In this document: piece after piece, positions 39,162 through 48,061 of the stretch
Layout of the letters: the number at the start of each line of letters is the position of its first letter
Numbering within the stretch: the stretch's first letter is position 1
NCBI GenBank assembly: GCA_964594835.1
Contig: CAZQNA010000002.1
Coordinates: 64,001-128,000, forward strand
Direction: 5' to 3'
Length of the DNA stretch: 64,000 bases
Origin: an uncultured Nitrososphaerota archaeon
GTDB taxonomy: Archaea > Korarchaeota > Korarchaeia > Korarchaeales > Korarchaeaceae
Position numbers and translations under genes: made by a program
Notes under the pieces: model-generated
What the model was told of the DNA's origin: nothing
Database searches by the model: none
What the model saw: only the letters and a program-made list of their open reading frames with translations

Positions 39162-39522
39162 TCGGGGCGGGCCGCCGCCCCGCGCCCCCGGGAAGGGAGG
39201 GGCCGACTTGGCCGGCGCGCCCACAAAGGGCCCTCTGTCCGACCGGCGGGGTTGAGCCTCGCCGGCGGAAAGCGCTCACTCCTGACCCGCAACCCTATGC
39301 CGGTGGTCAGCGGTCGCCTACGTGGGGATGCGCGTGAGACCCTGGGATCACGGGCGCGGGGTCAGGTGGATGTGGGACGGCTTTGCCCAGGCCGGGCACC
39401 AGGTGGACCTGGAGACAGCCCACCAGCTGGCCGACCACGCCACGAGGCACCCGCTCAGGCACGACGTTCTGCTCAGGTAGCTCCCCGACCCACTCTCTTT
39501 CTACGCTAGCCAGCCCCCGGCG

Positions 39523-39870
39523 TCACTCCTGCGGGACCCTCTTCCGGGCCTCCCTCAGGGCCTCCTCGACGGTGACGCCGGAGAGTTCGAGGGTGCCTAT
39601 CCCCAGCTCCTCGAGGGCCGTCAGGGCGTTCGGCCCGAAGGCTCCTGCCACCGCGAGCTTGACGCCCTCCTCCAGCAGCCCCTGGACCGCCTTGATCCCG
39701 GCGCCGCTCCTGGCCGAGGCGCCGGGGTTCTCCACGACCCTGACCTCAGCCACCTCCCCGTCGTCCAGCTCGACTATGGCCAGATAGGGCGCCCTCCCGA
39801 ACCTCGAGCTCACCCTCGAACCGAGGCCGGAGTCGTCCTCCACGGCAAGACCGATCTTAACTCTCGTCAC
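39523..39870 (-). CDS. NifB/NifX-family (FeMo-co-binding-like) protein
   Basis: VSSRFGRAPY, ENP..GAGI and GPNA motifs. Confidence 0.85.
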   Translation of the reverse strand: MTRVKIGLAVEDDSGLGSRVSSRFGRAPYLAIVELDDGEVAEVRVVENPGASARSGAGIKAVQGLLEEGVKLAVAGAFGPNALTALEELGIGTLELSGVTVEEALREARKRVPQE

Positions 39871-39892
39871 CCTCCTTCACCTCCCGCCCAGC

Positions 39893-40876
39893 CTAGTTGG
39901 CACCCTCGAGCCCCTCAGGCCTTATTATGATTGGCCGGTAGGGCTCGGGCTCCCTGGGCCTGAACCTGGTGAACCAGGACCTCCAGTCCTCGACTATCTC
40001 CAGGACCCTCTCGGCCACGGTCGTGAGGGCCCTGGAGGCGGGGCTGTCCGGGAACGCCTCGACGACAGGCTTCATGAGGGCCATGCTCCTCGGGATGGCG
40101 TCGTCGTACGGTATCCTCCCCAGGAGGTCGATGTTCCTCTCCCTGGCGAACGCCTCCATCTCCTCCGTCATCTCGGGGTTCACGTCGTGCTTGTTGATCA
40201 CCAGCGCCGCGGGCTGCATGAAGTGCCTCGTGAGCTTGAAGACCCTCCTCAGGGCGGCGAAGCTCGCCGGGGTCGGCTCGGCCACCAGTATCGCCGCGTT
40301 GGCCCCCGCCAGGCTGGAGACCACCTGGCACCCTATCCCCGCCGCGGAGTCCACCACTATCAGGGAGTCCTGGGACGCGATCTCCTTGGCCACGGACTTC
40401 TCCTCGGTGACGAGCTTGCCAGAGTTCGGTCTCCCGGGGTTGAGCCTCGCTGAGATGAGCGGGAAGCCGTACCCCGTTGTCGTCCTCCTGAGCCTCCCCG
40501 ACTCGGCGGAGAGCAGCCTTATAGCCCCCCTCTCCGGGCACACGAGGGAGCAGGTCATGCAGCCCTCGCATATGACCTGGTTGACCACGAACCTCCCCGC
40601 CTCGTCCACGTGGATGGCCCCGTAGGGGCAGACCTCCTCGCACCTGCCGCACCTCGTGCAGATCGACTGCACTATCTCTGCCACCTTGCTCTCCACGTAG
40701 GGCCTCTCCCACTCCCACTCCCTGACCCCCAGTATCAGGTGGAGGTTCGGCGCGTCCGCGTCGGCGTCGACGGCCACCACCCCCTTGCCGGCCCTCGCCG
40801 CGGTCAGGGCTATGGTGGCTGACACCGTGGACTTCCCCACGCCCCCCTTTCCGCTGGCTATCGCTATCTCTATCAC
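39893..40876 (-). CDS. MinD-superfamily P-loop ATPase with inserted ferredoxin domain (COG1149-like)
   Basis: ASGKGGVGKS, DAD.DAPNL, 2x CxxCxxCxxxCP, SGKLV and EPTP motifs. Confidence 0.85.
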   Translation of the reverse strand: MIEIAIASGKGGVGKSTVSATIALTAARAGKGVVAVDADADAPNLHLILGVREWEWERPYVESKVAEIVQSICTRCGRCEEVCPYGAIHVDEAGRFVVNQVICEGCMTCSLVCPERGAIRLLSAESGRLRRTTTGYGFPLISARLNPGRPNSGKLVTEEKSVAKEIASQDSLIVVDSAAGIGCQVVSSLAGANAAILVAEPTPASFAALRRVFKLTRHFMQPAALVINKHDVNPEMTEEMEAFARERNIDLLGRIPYDDAIPRSMALMKPVVEAFPDSPASRALTTVAERVLEIVEDWRSWFTRFRPREPEPYRPIIIRPEGLEGAN

Positions 40877-41745
40877 CGGATCACCCCCATCACCATCTCG
40901 GCCAGCCGACGGAACTCCTCTGCCTCCGGGGAGTTCGGGCTGTGGAGGACTATCGGGACTCCCCTGATGTATGACTCAAGCACCCTCCTGGAGTAGGGCA
41001 CCCTGGCGACTATCTCGGCCCCCCTCTCCCTGACCAGCCTGACGTGCTCCTCCTCGGGGCCTATGCCGGCCCTGTTGATGACCACCCAGGCCTCTATCCC
41101 CAGCGTCTGGGCCAGCTCCAGGATGAGGTCCAGGTCGTGCAGCCCCAGCGGGGTGGGCTCGGTCACGGCTATCAGGAGCCTCGACCCGTCGACGGCCGTC
41201 GCCACCGAGTTGCTCGTCCCCGCGGAGGTGTCGACCAGGTGGAGGTCGGCCTCGATGGACAGGGCCCTCCTCCTGGCCGCCAGCACCACCGGGGGCGTGT
41301 GCTCCTCCCCCTCCCTCAGGGACCCCGACACCAGCGTGGCCTCAGCCCCGTCGAGCTCGAGGTCCGTCCTGTAGGTGTATCCTATGGTCCTCCTCCCCTC
41401 GAGGATGGCCTTGACGGGGCAGGCGAAGTAGCAGGACCTGCACCCGCTGCAGAGCCTGGGTATGACGTAGGGGAGACCCTCGGGGGAGATCAGCATGGCC
41501 CCGGTGTCGCAGACCCTCCCGCAGACCCCGCACTTGATGCACCTCCCGTAGTCCACGAACGGCAGCATCACGTTCACGGGCTCCTCCTCCCTGAGCTCCG
41601 CGCCCAGGAGGACGTGGTCGTTGGGATTCTCGACGTCCAAGTCGGCCAGGACCAGCCTCAGCTCCCTCGCGAGGATGGCCGCCAGGTTGACGGCCACCGT
41701 GGACTTCCCGGTCCCCCCCTTGCCCCCAGAGACCGACACGATCAA
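40873..41745 (-). CDS. Second MinD-superfamily ATPase with ferredoxin insert (COG1149-like)
   Basis: SGGKGGTGKS, DLDVENPND, two ferredoxin motifs and VTEPTP.GLHDL; TTG start overlaps the upstream stop. Confidence 0.85.
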   Translation of the reverse strand: MIVSVSGGKGGTGKSTVAVNLAAILARELRLVLADLDVENPNDHVLLGAELREEEPVNVMLPFVDYGRCIKCGVCGRVCDTGAMLISPEGLPYVIPRLCSGCRSCYFACPVKAILEGRRTIGYTYRTDLELDGAEATLVSGSLREGEEHTPPVVLAARRRALSIEADLHLVDTSAGTSNSVATAVDGSRLLIAVTEPTPLGLHDLDLILELAQTLGIEAWVVINRAGIGPEEEHVRLVRERGAEIVARVPYSRRVLESYIRGVPIVLHSPNSPEAEEFRRLAEMVMGVIR

Positions 41746-42161
41746 CCCGAGACCCTCCCCTCCAAGAGGCGTCGGTACCTCGGATCCCGCGTGACCAGCC
41801 TGTTCAGCTCCCGGTCGTCGAGGCCGGAGGTCTCCGAGACGACCTCGTCTATCACCGCGCCGACCCTCGGATTCACCTCGGGCTCCCCGCACGTGAGCTC
41901 CAGACACCTCTCGTCCTCCCTCCTCCTCAGGCACCCCTCGCCCTCCAGCCGCTCCAGGACGTCCTGCAGCCCCTCGACGTAGAAGCCGTAGGGCTCGGCC
42001 ACGAACCTGAGCCCTTCTATCAGCCGCCCAAGCCCCAGCTCCTCGGCCCTCCACTCCGCCAGCAGGAGCACCCGGGAAACCCTGAAGGGGTGGGCGCAGC
42101 CGAGCCTGGACAGCGCGTAGGCCACTATGCCCTCGTCCCCACCGAGCTCTACCACAGGCAT
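41742..42161 (-). CDS. Hypothetical protein, possibly Panacea/SocA (DUF4065)-like fold
   Basis: Coupled within the operon; SRVLLLAE...L..LRF.AEPYG pattern. Confidence 0.5.
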   Translation of the reverse strand: MPVVELGGDEGIVAYALSRLGCAHPFRVSRVLLLAEWRAEELGLGRLIEGLRFVAEPYGFYVEGLQDVLERLEGEGCLRRREDERCLELTCGEPEVNPRVGAVIDEVVSETSGLDDRELNRLVTRDPRYRRLLEGRVSG

Positions 42162-42550
42162 CAACCTCCCCTCGCCCTCTTGATCCACTCCCCCACCACG
42201 TCGTAGCCGTAGATCTCCCTCAGCCTCTCCCTGCCCTCGGGGGTCACCCTCTCCGGCGTCCACGGGGGGTCCCACACGAGGTTCACCCTCACGCTCCTGT
42301 CGGGCCCCACCGCCTCCCTTATGGCCGCCTCGACCATGGCCACCACCATCCCGGCCACCGGGCACCCCGGGGCCGTCATGGTCATGTCCACCTCGACCCT
42401 CCCCTCCTCGTCCACATCCACCCTGTACACGAGGCCCAGATCGTAGACGTTCACAGGTATCTCCGGGTCATACGTGCTCTTCAGGGCCTCTATCACCTTT
42501 CGCCTGATCTCCTCCGTGGGATCCCCCTCTACGCCCGCCATGAGGCTCAC
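42161..42550 (-). CDS. DUF59/SufT/PaaD-like metal-sulfur cluster assembly factor
   Basis: DPEIPVNVYDLGLVY, MT.TAPGCP and VWDPPW motifs. Confidence 0.9.
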   Translation of the reverse strand: MSLMAGVEGDPTEEIRRKVIEALKSTYDPEIPVNVYDLGLVYRVDVDEEGRVEVDMTMTAPGCPVAGMVVAMVEAAIREAVGPDRSVRVNLVWDPPWTPERVTPEGRERLREIYGYDVVGEWIKRARGG

Positions 42551-42743
42551 CGCAACCTATTTTAGGCTCGCCTAACCGGCGGGATGACACCGTTATATCC
42601 TTTTCTGAGAGACCCCCTGCGGACTGGCGCCGGCCCGGGCACTAGCAGGATCGGGAGGGCCGGTGAGGCGGCCAATCGAGTCCCCCAGAGGCGGGGGACC
42701 TCTGCGGGGAACCGTTATATGCGATATTCCCGGAGGGAATAAT

Positions 42744-43820
42744 GTGGAGGAGATACTGAGCGAGCTGAGGCCGCGCGTCACGCTGGTCCTCGAGTACCGG
42801 GGCGAGGCGGTGATAGACGACAGGATGGCAAAGATCCTCGAGGAGATAGAGAGGAGGGGGTCGCTCCTCTCGGCGTGCAAGTCGGTCGGCGCCTCCTACT
42901 CCCGGGTCTGGGAGAGGATATCCGACCTCGAGGGGGTCCTCGGGAAGAGGATAATCGAGGTCCGGAGGGGCGGGCCCGGCGGAGGGGGAGCGAGGCTCAC
43001 GAGGTTCGGGAAGGCTCTGCTCAGGCTCTACGCCGAGGAGGCGGCCAGGGTCAGGGGAGGGTCGAGGGTGGGCCCCCTCGGGAGGAGCGTGATGACCCCC
43101 CCGGACTTCCTCCTGATGGGGAGCCACGACCCGGCCCTCGACATCCTCCTGTCCCGGGTCAGGGAGTCCTCCCCCGACGTCGAGTTCAGGAGGGAGTGGC
43201 TCGGATCCGCCGGCGGCCTGGCGGCGCTGATGCTGGACTACGCGGACGCGGCCGGGACGCACCTCCTGGACCCGGAGACGGGCAGGTACAACGTGCCCTA
43301 CGTCTCCAGGTACTGGCTGGAGGACAGGGTGACCCTCATAAGGGGGTACCAGAGGGAGATCGGCCTCGTCTTCCGTCGGGGCGAGGAGCTGGGCCTGGAG
43401 GACCTCCTGGAGGGGAGGGCCAAGCTCGTCAACAGGAACCCGGGGTCGGGGAGCAGGGTCCTGCTGGACTACCTCCTGAGGAGGGCCGCCCTGGACGCCG
43501 GGGTGGACCCCTCCGAGATACCGAGGAGGGTTAGGGGGTACAGGATGGAGGTGAGGACCCACATAGGGGTGGCCAGGAAGGTGGCCTCCGGCGACGCGGA
43601 CGTGGGCGTGGCCATAAGGTACGTGGCGGAGAAGTTCGGCCTGGGCTTCAGGAGGCTGGCCTGGGAGTGGTACGACCTGGCCGTGAGGAGGGACTCCATG
43701 AAGAAGCCCGCCGCGCGTGAGATCGTAAGGATGCTCAGGTCCGGCGAGGTGGGGGAGATCGTGGGAGGGCTGCCCGGGTACCGCGTCACGCCCGACACGG
43801 GCCGGCAGATCTACCCCTGA
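42744..43820 (+). CDS. ModE-type HTH regulator fused to a periplasmic-binding-protein-like (molybdate-type) domain
   Basis: GSLLSAC..VGASY..W, RGG.GGGGA.LT, GSHD, GSAGGL and VNRNPGSGSR motifs. Confidence 0.82.
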   Translation: MEEILSELRPRVTLVLEYRGEAVIDDRMAKILEEIERRGSLLSACKSVGASYSRVWERISDLEGVLGKRIIEVRRGGPGGGGARLTRFGKALLRLYAEEAARVRGGSRVGPLGRSVMTPPDFLLMGSHDPALDILLSRVRESSPDVEFRREWLGSAGGLAALMLDYADAAGTHLLDPETGRYNVPYVSRYWLEDRVTLIRGYQREIGLVFRRGEELGLEDLLEGRAKLVNRNPGSGSRVLLDYLLRRAALDAGVDPSEIPRRVRGYRMEVRTHIGVARKVASGDADVGVAIRYVAEKFGLGFRRLAWEWYDLAVRRDSMKKPAAREIVRMLRSGEVGEIVGGLPGYRVTPDTGRQIYP

Positions 43821-43843
43821 GTGACTCAAGCATTTCCCTGCTA

Positions 43844-43872
43844 TAACAAATGAAATGTTGTTAGTTTAAATA
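43844..43872 (+). promoter_or_regulatory. Inverted repeat TAACAA-N8-TTGTTA adjacent to TATA box TTTAAATA
   Basis: AT-rich island between genes; SD-like GGAGAGGT before TTG 43910. Confidence 0.55.
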
Positions 43873-43909
43873 GAGAACTTGATAGAGATAAGGGAGAGGT
43901 TAGGACAGC

Positions 43910-44434
43910 TTGAGCGTAGTCTGGGGAGGGTCACTGTCGGCCCTGTTTCTCAGCGGTGCCACCGCTGCCGGGGCCGCCGTCGGATCGGTTGGCTCCAGGG
44001 TGGTAGTGGAGCCGGAGATGCTCCGGCTCTTCAGCGAGCTGGGATATCCGTGGCTGATGGGGGAGACCTACGACGACATGCTGATGGACCGCGAGCTCTG
44101 CGCCGCCAGCGCGGACGAGGTGCCGTGGGGGCTCTACGTGACAGAGGAGCTTCTGAAGACGGCCCCCTCTCCCGAGGCGGCCTTGAGGCTCGCGGGAGAG
44201 CTTCTGGGGCTGGGCCTCTCCGTGGGGGAGGCCTCGACGATAGCCTCAGCCATAGCCACAGCCCACGACATGGTGTTCCTCGTGAACGAGCGCGCCAGGG
44301 CCGTGGCGAGGGAGTTCGGACTCACCCCGGCGTCTCCGATGCAGGTGGTGGTGGACGCCTTCAAGAGGGATCTGATCACCCCCGAGGAGTTCGTCGAGCT
44401 GTCCAACAGCCTGCTTACATGGGAGAAGGGTTGA
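43910..44434 (+). CDS. Degenerate PIN-like (DUF3368-like) protein
   Basis: LSVGEASTIA...VNERARAVAREFGL pattern; the N-terminal catalytic Asp is not evident. Confidence 0.5.
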   Translation: MSVVWGGSLSALFLSGATAAGAAVGSVGSRVVVEPEMLRLFSELGYPWLMGETYDDMLMDRELCAASADEVPWGLYVTEELLKTAPSPEAALRLAGELLGLGLSVGEASTIASAIATAHDMVFLVNERARAVAREFGLTPASPMQVVVDAFKRDLITPEEFVELSNSLLTWEKG

Positions 44435-44439
44435 GTGAG

Positions 44440-44751
44440 ATGACTGAATCGGTCGGTCTGGAGTACGGAACCGCCCCTCCGGAGGGAGCCGTCAGGTCCC
44501 CGGAGGAGCTGAAGTCGGCCCTAGAGAGGGCTTGGGATGAGGTTGAGAGGGTCAGGAGGGCCCGAATGCGTAGGTACGCCATAGCTGCGGGCTTCACCGC
44601 GACGGGGATATTCCTCCTATTCCTATCCCTCATGATGCTGCTGGAGAGGCTGGCCATATGGCCCCTGGGGGTCGTGACCACCTACGTGGCCCTGACGTCC
44701 CTGGGCGCCCTCTCGTTCGGGTACGGCTTCTACCGGATGGGGGCCCACTGA
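44440..44751 (+). CDS. Small two-TM membrane protein
   Basis: Charged helix followed by two hydrophobic segments; same operon as the GT2 gene. Confidence 0.6.
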   Translation: MTESVGLEYGTAPPEGAVRSPEELKSALERAWDEVERVRRARMRRYAIAAGFTATGIFLLFLSLMMLLERLAIWPLGVVTTYVALTSLGALSFGYGFYRMGAH

Positions 44752-44752
44752 G

Positions 44753-45847
44753 GTGAGCGGGGGCGGAAACCCCCTCCCCCTCTCCGTCACGGTCGTGATC
44801 CCTGCCTACAACGAGGAGGAGGGGATCGGAGCCTGCCTGGAGAGCGTCCTGTCCCAGTCCATACCCCCTGATCAGGTCATAGTGGTCGACGACGGGTCGA
44901 CCGACTCGACGCCAGAGATCCTGAAGGGGTTCAGGGGCCGGATCGAGGTGGTCACCCTTCCCGAGAACTCGGGGAACAAGGCGCTGGCCCTGAGGGCGGC
45001 ACTCCCCTACATCAAGGGGGACGTGGTGGTCTACACGGACGCCGACTCGGAGCTGGACCCCCGCGCGGTGGAGCTACTGCTCGTCCACTTCCTGGACCCG
45101 AGGGTCGGCGCCGCCTCCGGCGTGGTCGTTTCGAGGAGGCACAACGCCCTGACGTCCGTGAGGGAGCTCCAGTACATCATGGGGCAGGAGGTGTACAAGC
45201 GGGGCATGGGCGCCCTTGGCACCGTCATGGTGATCCCGGGGTGCGTCGGGGCCGTGAGGAGGGAGCTCTTCGACCCGAGCCCGGACACGGCCACCGAGGA
45301 CATGGACCTGACTCTGTCGGTCATGGAGGCCGGGTACAGGGTGGTCTACGAGCCGAGGGCCGTCGCCCACACCAGCGACCCCCCCAACCTGAGGTCCTAC
45401 CTCAGGCAGAGCTGGAGGTGGTTCTCGGGCTACTTCCAGAACGTCAGGAAGCACTTCGCCACCCTCCCGAGGAGGATGAAGTTCCAGATGGCGTACCTGT
45501 CGGTGGAGAACGTCATGGGTACGCTGGTCCCCGTCCTGGCGGTTTACGCGGCCGCGGCCCCCAGGAGGGGCCTCTTCGCCCTCGCCCTCCTGCTGGGCGA
45601 GGTGATCACCTGGGCCGCTGTTGGCGTGTACGGGGCGATCAGGCTGGGGAGGCCCGACCTCGTGCCTGCGGCCCTCATCTCTCCGGCGATCCGGGTCGTC
45701 GACGGGCTGATCTGGACCGGGACCATGGTGAGCGAGCTGATCCTCAACAGGAGGGACCTCAAGTGGAGGAGGGCAGACCGGTTCAGCCTGAGCCGATCGG
45801 CCTCCCAAGATCCCACGGGCGTGAGAGAAAGAGGAAGGGGGGCGTGA
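44753..45847 (+). CDS. Membrane-bound family-2 glycosyltransferase (processive type)
   Basis: IPAYNEE, DDGS, DAD, TED and QSWRW (QxxRW) motifs; C-terminal TMs. Confidence 0.88.
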   Translation: MSGGGNPLPLSVTVVIPAYNEEEGIGACLESVLSQSIPPDQVIVVDDGSTDSTPEILKGFRGRIEVVTLPENSGNKALALRAALPYIKGDVVVYTDADSELDPRAVELLLVHFLDPRVGAASGVVVSRRHNALTSVRELQYIMGQEVYKRGMGALGTVMVIPGCVGAVRRELFDPSPDTATEDMDLTLSVMEAGYRVVYEPRAVAHTSDPPNLRSYLRQSWRWFSGYFQNVRKHFATLPRRMKFQMAYLSVENVMGTLVPVLAVYAAAAPRRGLFALALLLGEVITWAAVGVYGAIRLGRPDLVPAALISPAIRVVDGLIWTGTMVSELILNRRDLKWRRADRFSLSRSASQDPTGVRERGRGA

Positions 45848-45892
45848 GTGAGGGAGAGGGTGATGGAGGGGCCGCCTCGCGGAGGCCCGCGG

Positions 45893-46537
45893 TCACGCCG
45901 TGGACCTCACGCGACCCCCTCGAACCGCCACCAACCCCCTCTCAGAGAGCCTCCTCACTGCGGCCACCACCCAGTAGCGGTCCACGTTGAGGCGCTCCGC
46001 CAGCTCACCGACGTCCGCCTCGCCGTCCCCCAGGACCGAGAGCAGGGATCCCTCCAGGAGATCCATGACCTCGTCGGAGGACGTCCTCACGTAGCCCAGC
46101 ACGATGGCAGCGAGCTTGACCCCTATGCCGAGCGTCTCCGCTATGTCTAGGGCCGAGGGGGAGGCCGGAAGCCCGGGCCCCTCCATCTTCCTCCTCACGT
46201 ACTCCAGGGCCATGCTGATTATCCTGTCCTCCGACCCAGCCTCGGCGTAGAGCGGGAGGTCGACCTCTATCACCACCCTCTCCGTGGAGAGGACGTAGAG
46301 CTTCGCGGGCCTCCCCCTGCCGACGCGGGCGTAGCCGGCGGTCCTCACAAGACCCGCGGCCTCCAGGTCCCTCAGGTGCTCCGTGACGACGCTGAGCGCC
46401 ATGTTCAGCTCCCGCGCCATCGAGGCGGGTGAGGTGGGCCCCCTGGCCAGGACTCGGATAAGCCTCAGCTTGGCGTCGCTCGCCAGGGCCTGCATCACCC
46501 TCCTGGCCAGGACGGGCCTGTTGGAAGGTATCCTCAA
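45893..46537 (-). CDS. ArsR-family wHTH regulator with additional C-terminal HTH-like segments
   Basis: ALAS..KL.LI..L, HLRDLEAAGLV and GRPAKLY motifs. Confidence 0.75.
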   Translation of the reverse strand: MRIPSNRPVLARRVMQALASDAKLRLIRVLARGPTSPASMARELNMALSVVTEHLRDLEAAGLVRTAGYARVGRGRPAKLYVLSTERVVIEVDLPLYAEAGSEDRIISMALEYVRRKMEGPGLPASPSALDIAETLGIGVKLAAIVLGYVRTSSDEVMDLLEGSLLSVLGDGEADVGELAERLNVDRYWVVAAVRRLSERGLVAVRGGRVRSTA

Positions 46538-47232
46538 GGACCGGCCACCCTGACCTCTGCGTCACCTGTGCCCAGCCTCACCTCCAGGGTGAAGCCCTGC
46601 CCCGTCCCTAGGATCGCCTCCGTGCGGCCGCGGACCTTGGAGACCGAGCTGAACCCCTCAGCCCTGGCCGACCCGGCGCCGGAGATCCTGATCGAGACCG
46701 TGCCGTCGGGGCCGCCCGGCCTGAGTTCCACGCGCACCTGTCCCACTCCGACCCTGACGCTGGAGTGACCGCTCGCCGCCAGCGGAATCGTGCCGGAGAC
46801 GTCCCCCATCCCGACGTCCACCTCCAGCCGCTCGAACGAGAACCCGGGCGGGAGGTAGACCACGACCTCCCCGGTCCCGACGCTGATCCCGTCGACGTCC
46901 CTCCTCAGCCCGGTCCCGCTGACCTCTATCACGACATCTTCAGAGCCCTCTCCGCCCTGGCTGAAGGTCACCTCGCCCAGGCCCACCTCCAGGGTGAGCT
47001 CCGCCGCTTCTCCCGGGTCCAGCTCGATCCTCCACTCCCCGGCGGCAGCGGGGAGGTAGGTCTCGTTGGGGGCGAATGTGACGTTCCCGACTATCCAGCG
47101 GACCAGCCGGGCCAGCTCCCTTACCTCCCGCTGGGTCGGCTGCGGCGCCAGCGCCGGGGCCGCCAGGCTGGCCCCTATGCTGAACACCACCAGGACGACT
47201 ATGAGCGCCCCGACGGTCTCCTCAGCCCTCAT
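46534..47232 (-). CDS. Membrane-anchored beta-strand-repeat protein (DUF4097/LiaG-like)
   Basis: N-terminal TM; repeated xVGxGxV units (VGLGEV, VGTGEV, VGMGDV, VGVGQV, LGTGDA). Confidence 0.55.
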   Translation of the reverse strand: MRAEETVGALIVVLVVFSIGASLAAPALAPQPTQREVRELARLVRWIVGNVTFAPNETYLPAAAGEWRIELDPGEAAELTLEVGLGEVTFSQGGEGSEDVVIEVSGTGLRRDVDGISVGTGEVVVYLPPGFSFERLEVDVGMGDVSGTIPLAASGHSSVRVGVGQVRVELRPGGPDGTVSIRISGAGSARAEGFSSVSKVRGRTEAILGTGQGFTLEVRLGTGDAEVRVAGP

Positions 47233-47953
47233 TCTCCTCACCCTCCGCGGTCTCCCCGGGCGCCCCGGGCGCCTCCACCCAGGCCCCCACGGCGGCCGGC
47301 CGAGCCCTGGGCTGCCTGCTGAAGTAGTAGGCGAGCGCGTAGGCAGCCAGCAGCAGGACCAGCCCGTACTTCCCCAGGAACAGGACGACGAGCAGGTCTA
47401 CCAGCGGGATCAGCACCGCGGCGAGGAAGGCCGACCCCCCGTCTATGTTGTAGGAGACCGAGACCCCTATCACCAGGAGGGCCACCCCCCAGACCGCGGC
47501 GACCAGCCAGAGCACGCCCCCGAGCGCCAGCCACCCTATGGCCCCCAGCCCGCCCACCAGCGCGGCGAGCGAGAAGGCGAACAGCGGGAGGGCCGAGGGC
47601 AGCACGGAGTAGGCCACGACGCTCAGGGCCCTCGTCACGTCGCCAGATCCGCCCATGAGCTGGGCGTCAAGGTGGATCAGGAGGGCCGCGATAACCATGA
47701 GGACCACGTTCCCCACGGCGGCCACGATCCCCACGACGGGGCTGGCGACGGAGATCACGGGGGCCAGGGGGAGCGGTATGATTCGGAGCACGGCGGCGAC
47801 CAGCAGGGCGCCCTCGGCGAAGAATATCCCGGCGGCCAGCAGCAGGGGCACGCCTATGGACACGTCCTCGTGCGCCATCACCTCAAAGGCCTGTCTCGGG
47901 TGGAGGAGGACTCCCCCGACCCGGTACAGGCCGCTCCTGAGAGGTCCCACCAT
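47222..47953 (-). CDS. Yip1-family membrane protein
   Basis: VLLHPRQAF, MGGSG...ALSVVAYS.LP; 5-6 TMs. Confidence 0.75.
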   Translation of the reverse strand: MVGPLRSGLYRVGGVLLHPRQAFEVMAHEDVSIGVPLLLAAGIFFAEGALLVAAVLRIIPLPLAPVISVASPVVGIVAAVGNVVLMVIAALLIHLDAQLMGGSGDVTRALSVVAYSVLPSALPLFAFSLAALVGGLGAIGWLALGGVLWLVAAVWGVALLVIGVSVSYNIDGGSAFLAAVLIPLVDLLVVLFLGKYGLVLLLAAYALAYYFSRQPRARPAAVGAWVEAPGAPGETAEGEENEG

Positions 47954-47966
47954 CTCGTGTTCACCC

Positions 47967-48009
47967 AATAACTTCGGTTTCTTAGATTAAATCCGAAGTT
48001 ATTCGAATA
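47967..48009. promoter_or_regulatory. Operator: perfect 11-bp inverted repeat AATAACTTCGG-N15-CCGAAGTTATT flanking a TATA-like element
   Basis: Arms at 47967-47977 and 47993-48003; overlapping palindrome TATTCGAATA at 48000-48009; lies in a divergent intergenic region. Confidence 0.7.
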
Positions 48010-48061
48010 TAAATCTTTCCTTGGGGCAACGCATATAACGGGGAGGGGGGAGGCGGGGCAA

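Noticed and set aside
39162-39522. SRP RNA, RNase P RNA or tRNA
   Set aside because: No diagnostic conserved motifs were recognised by eye on either strand.
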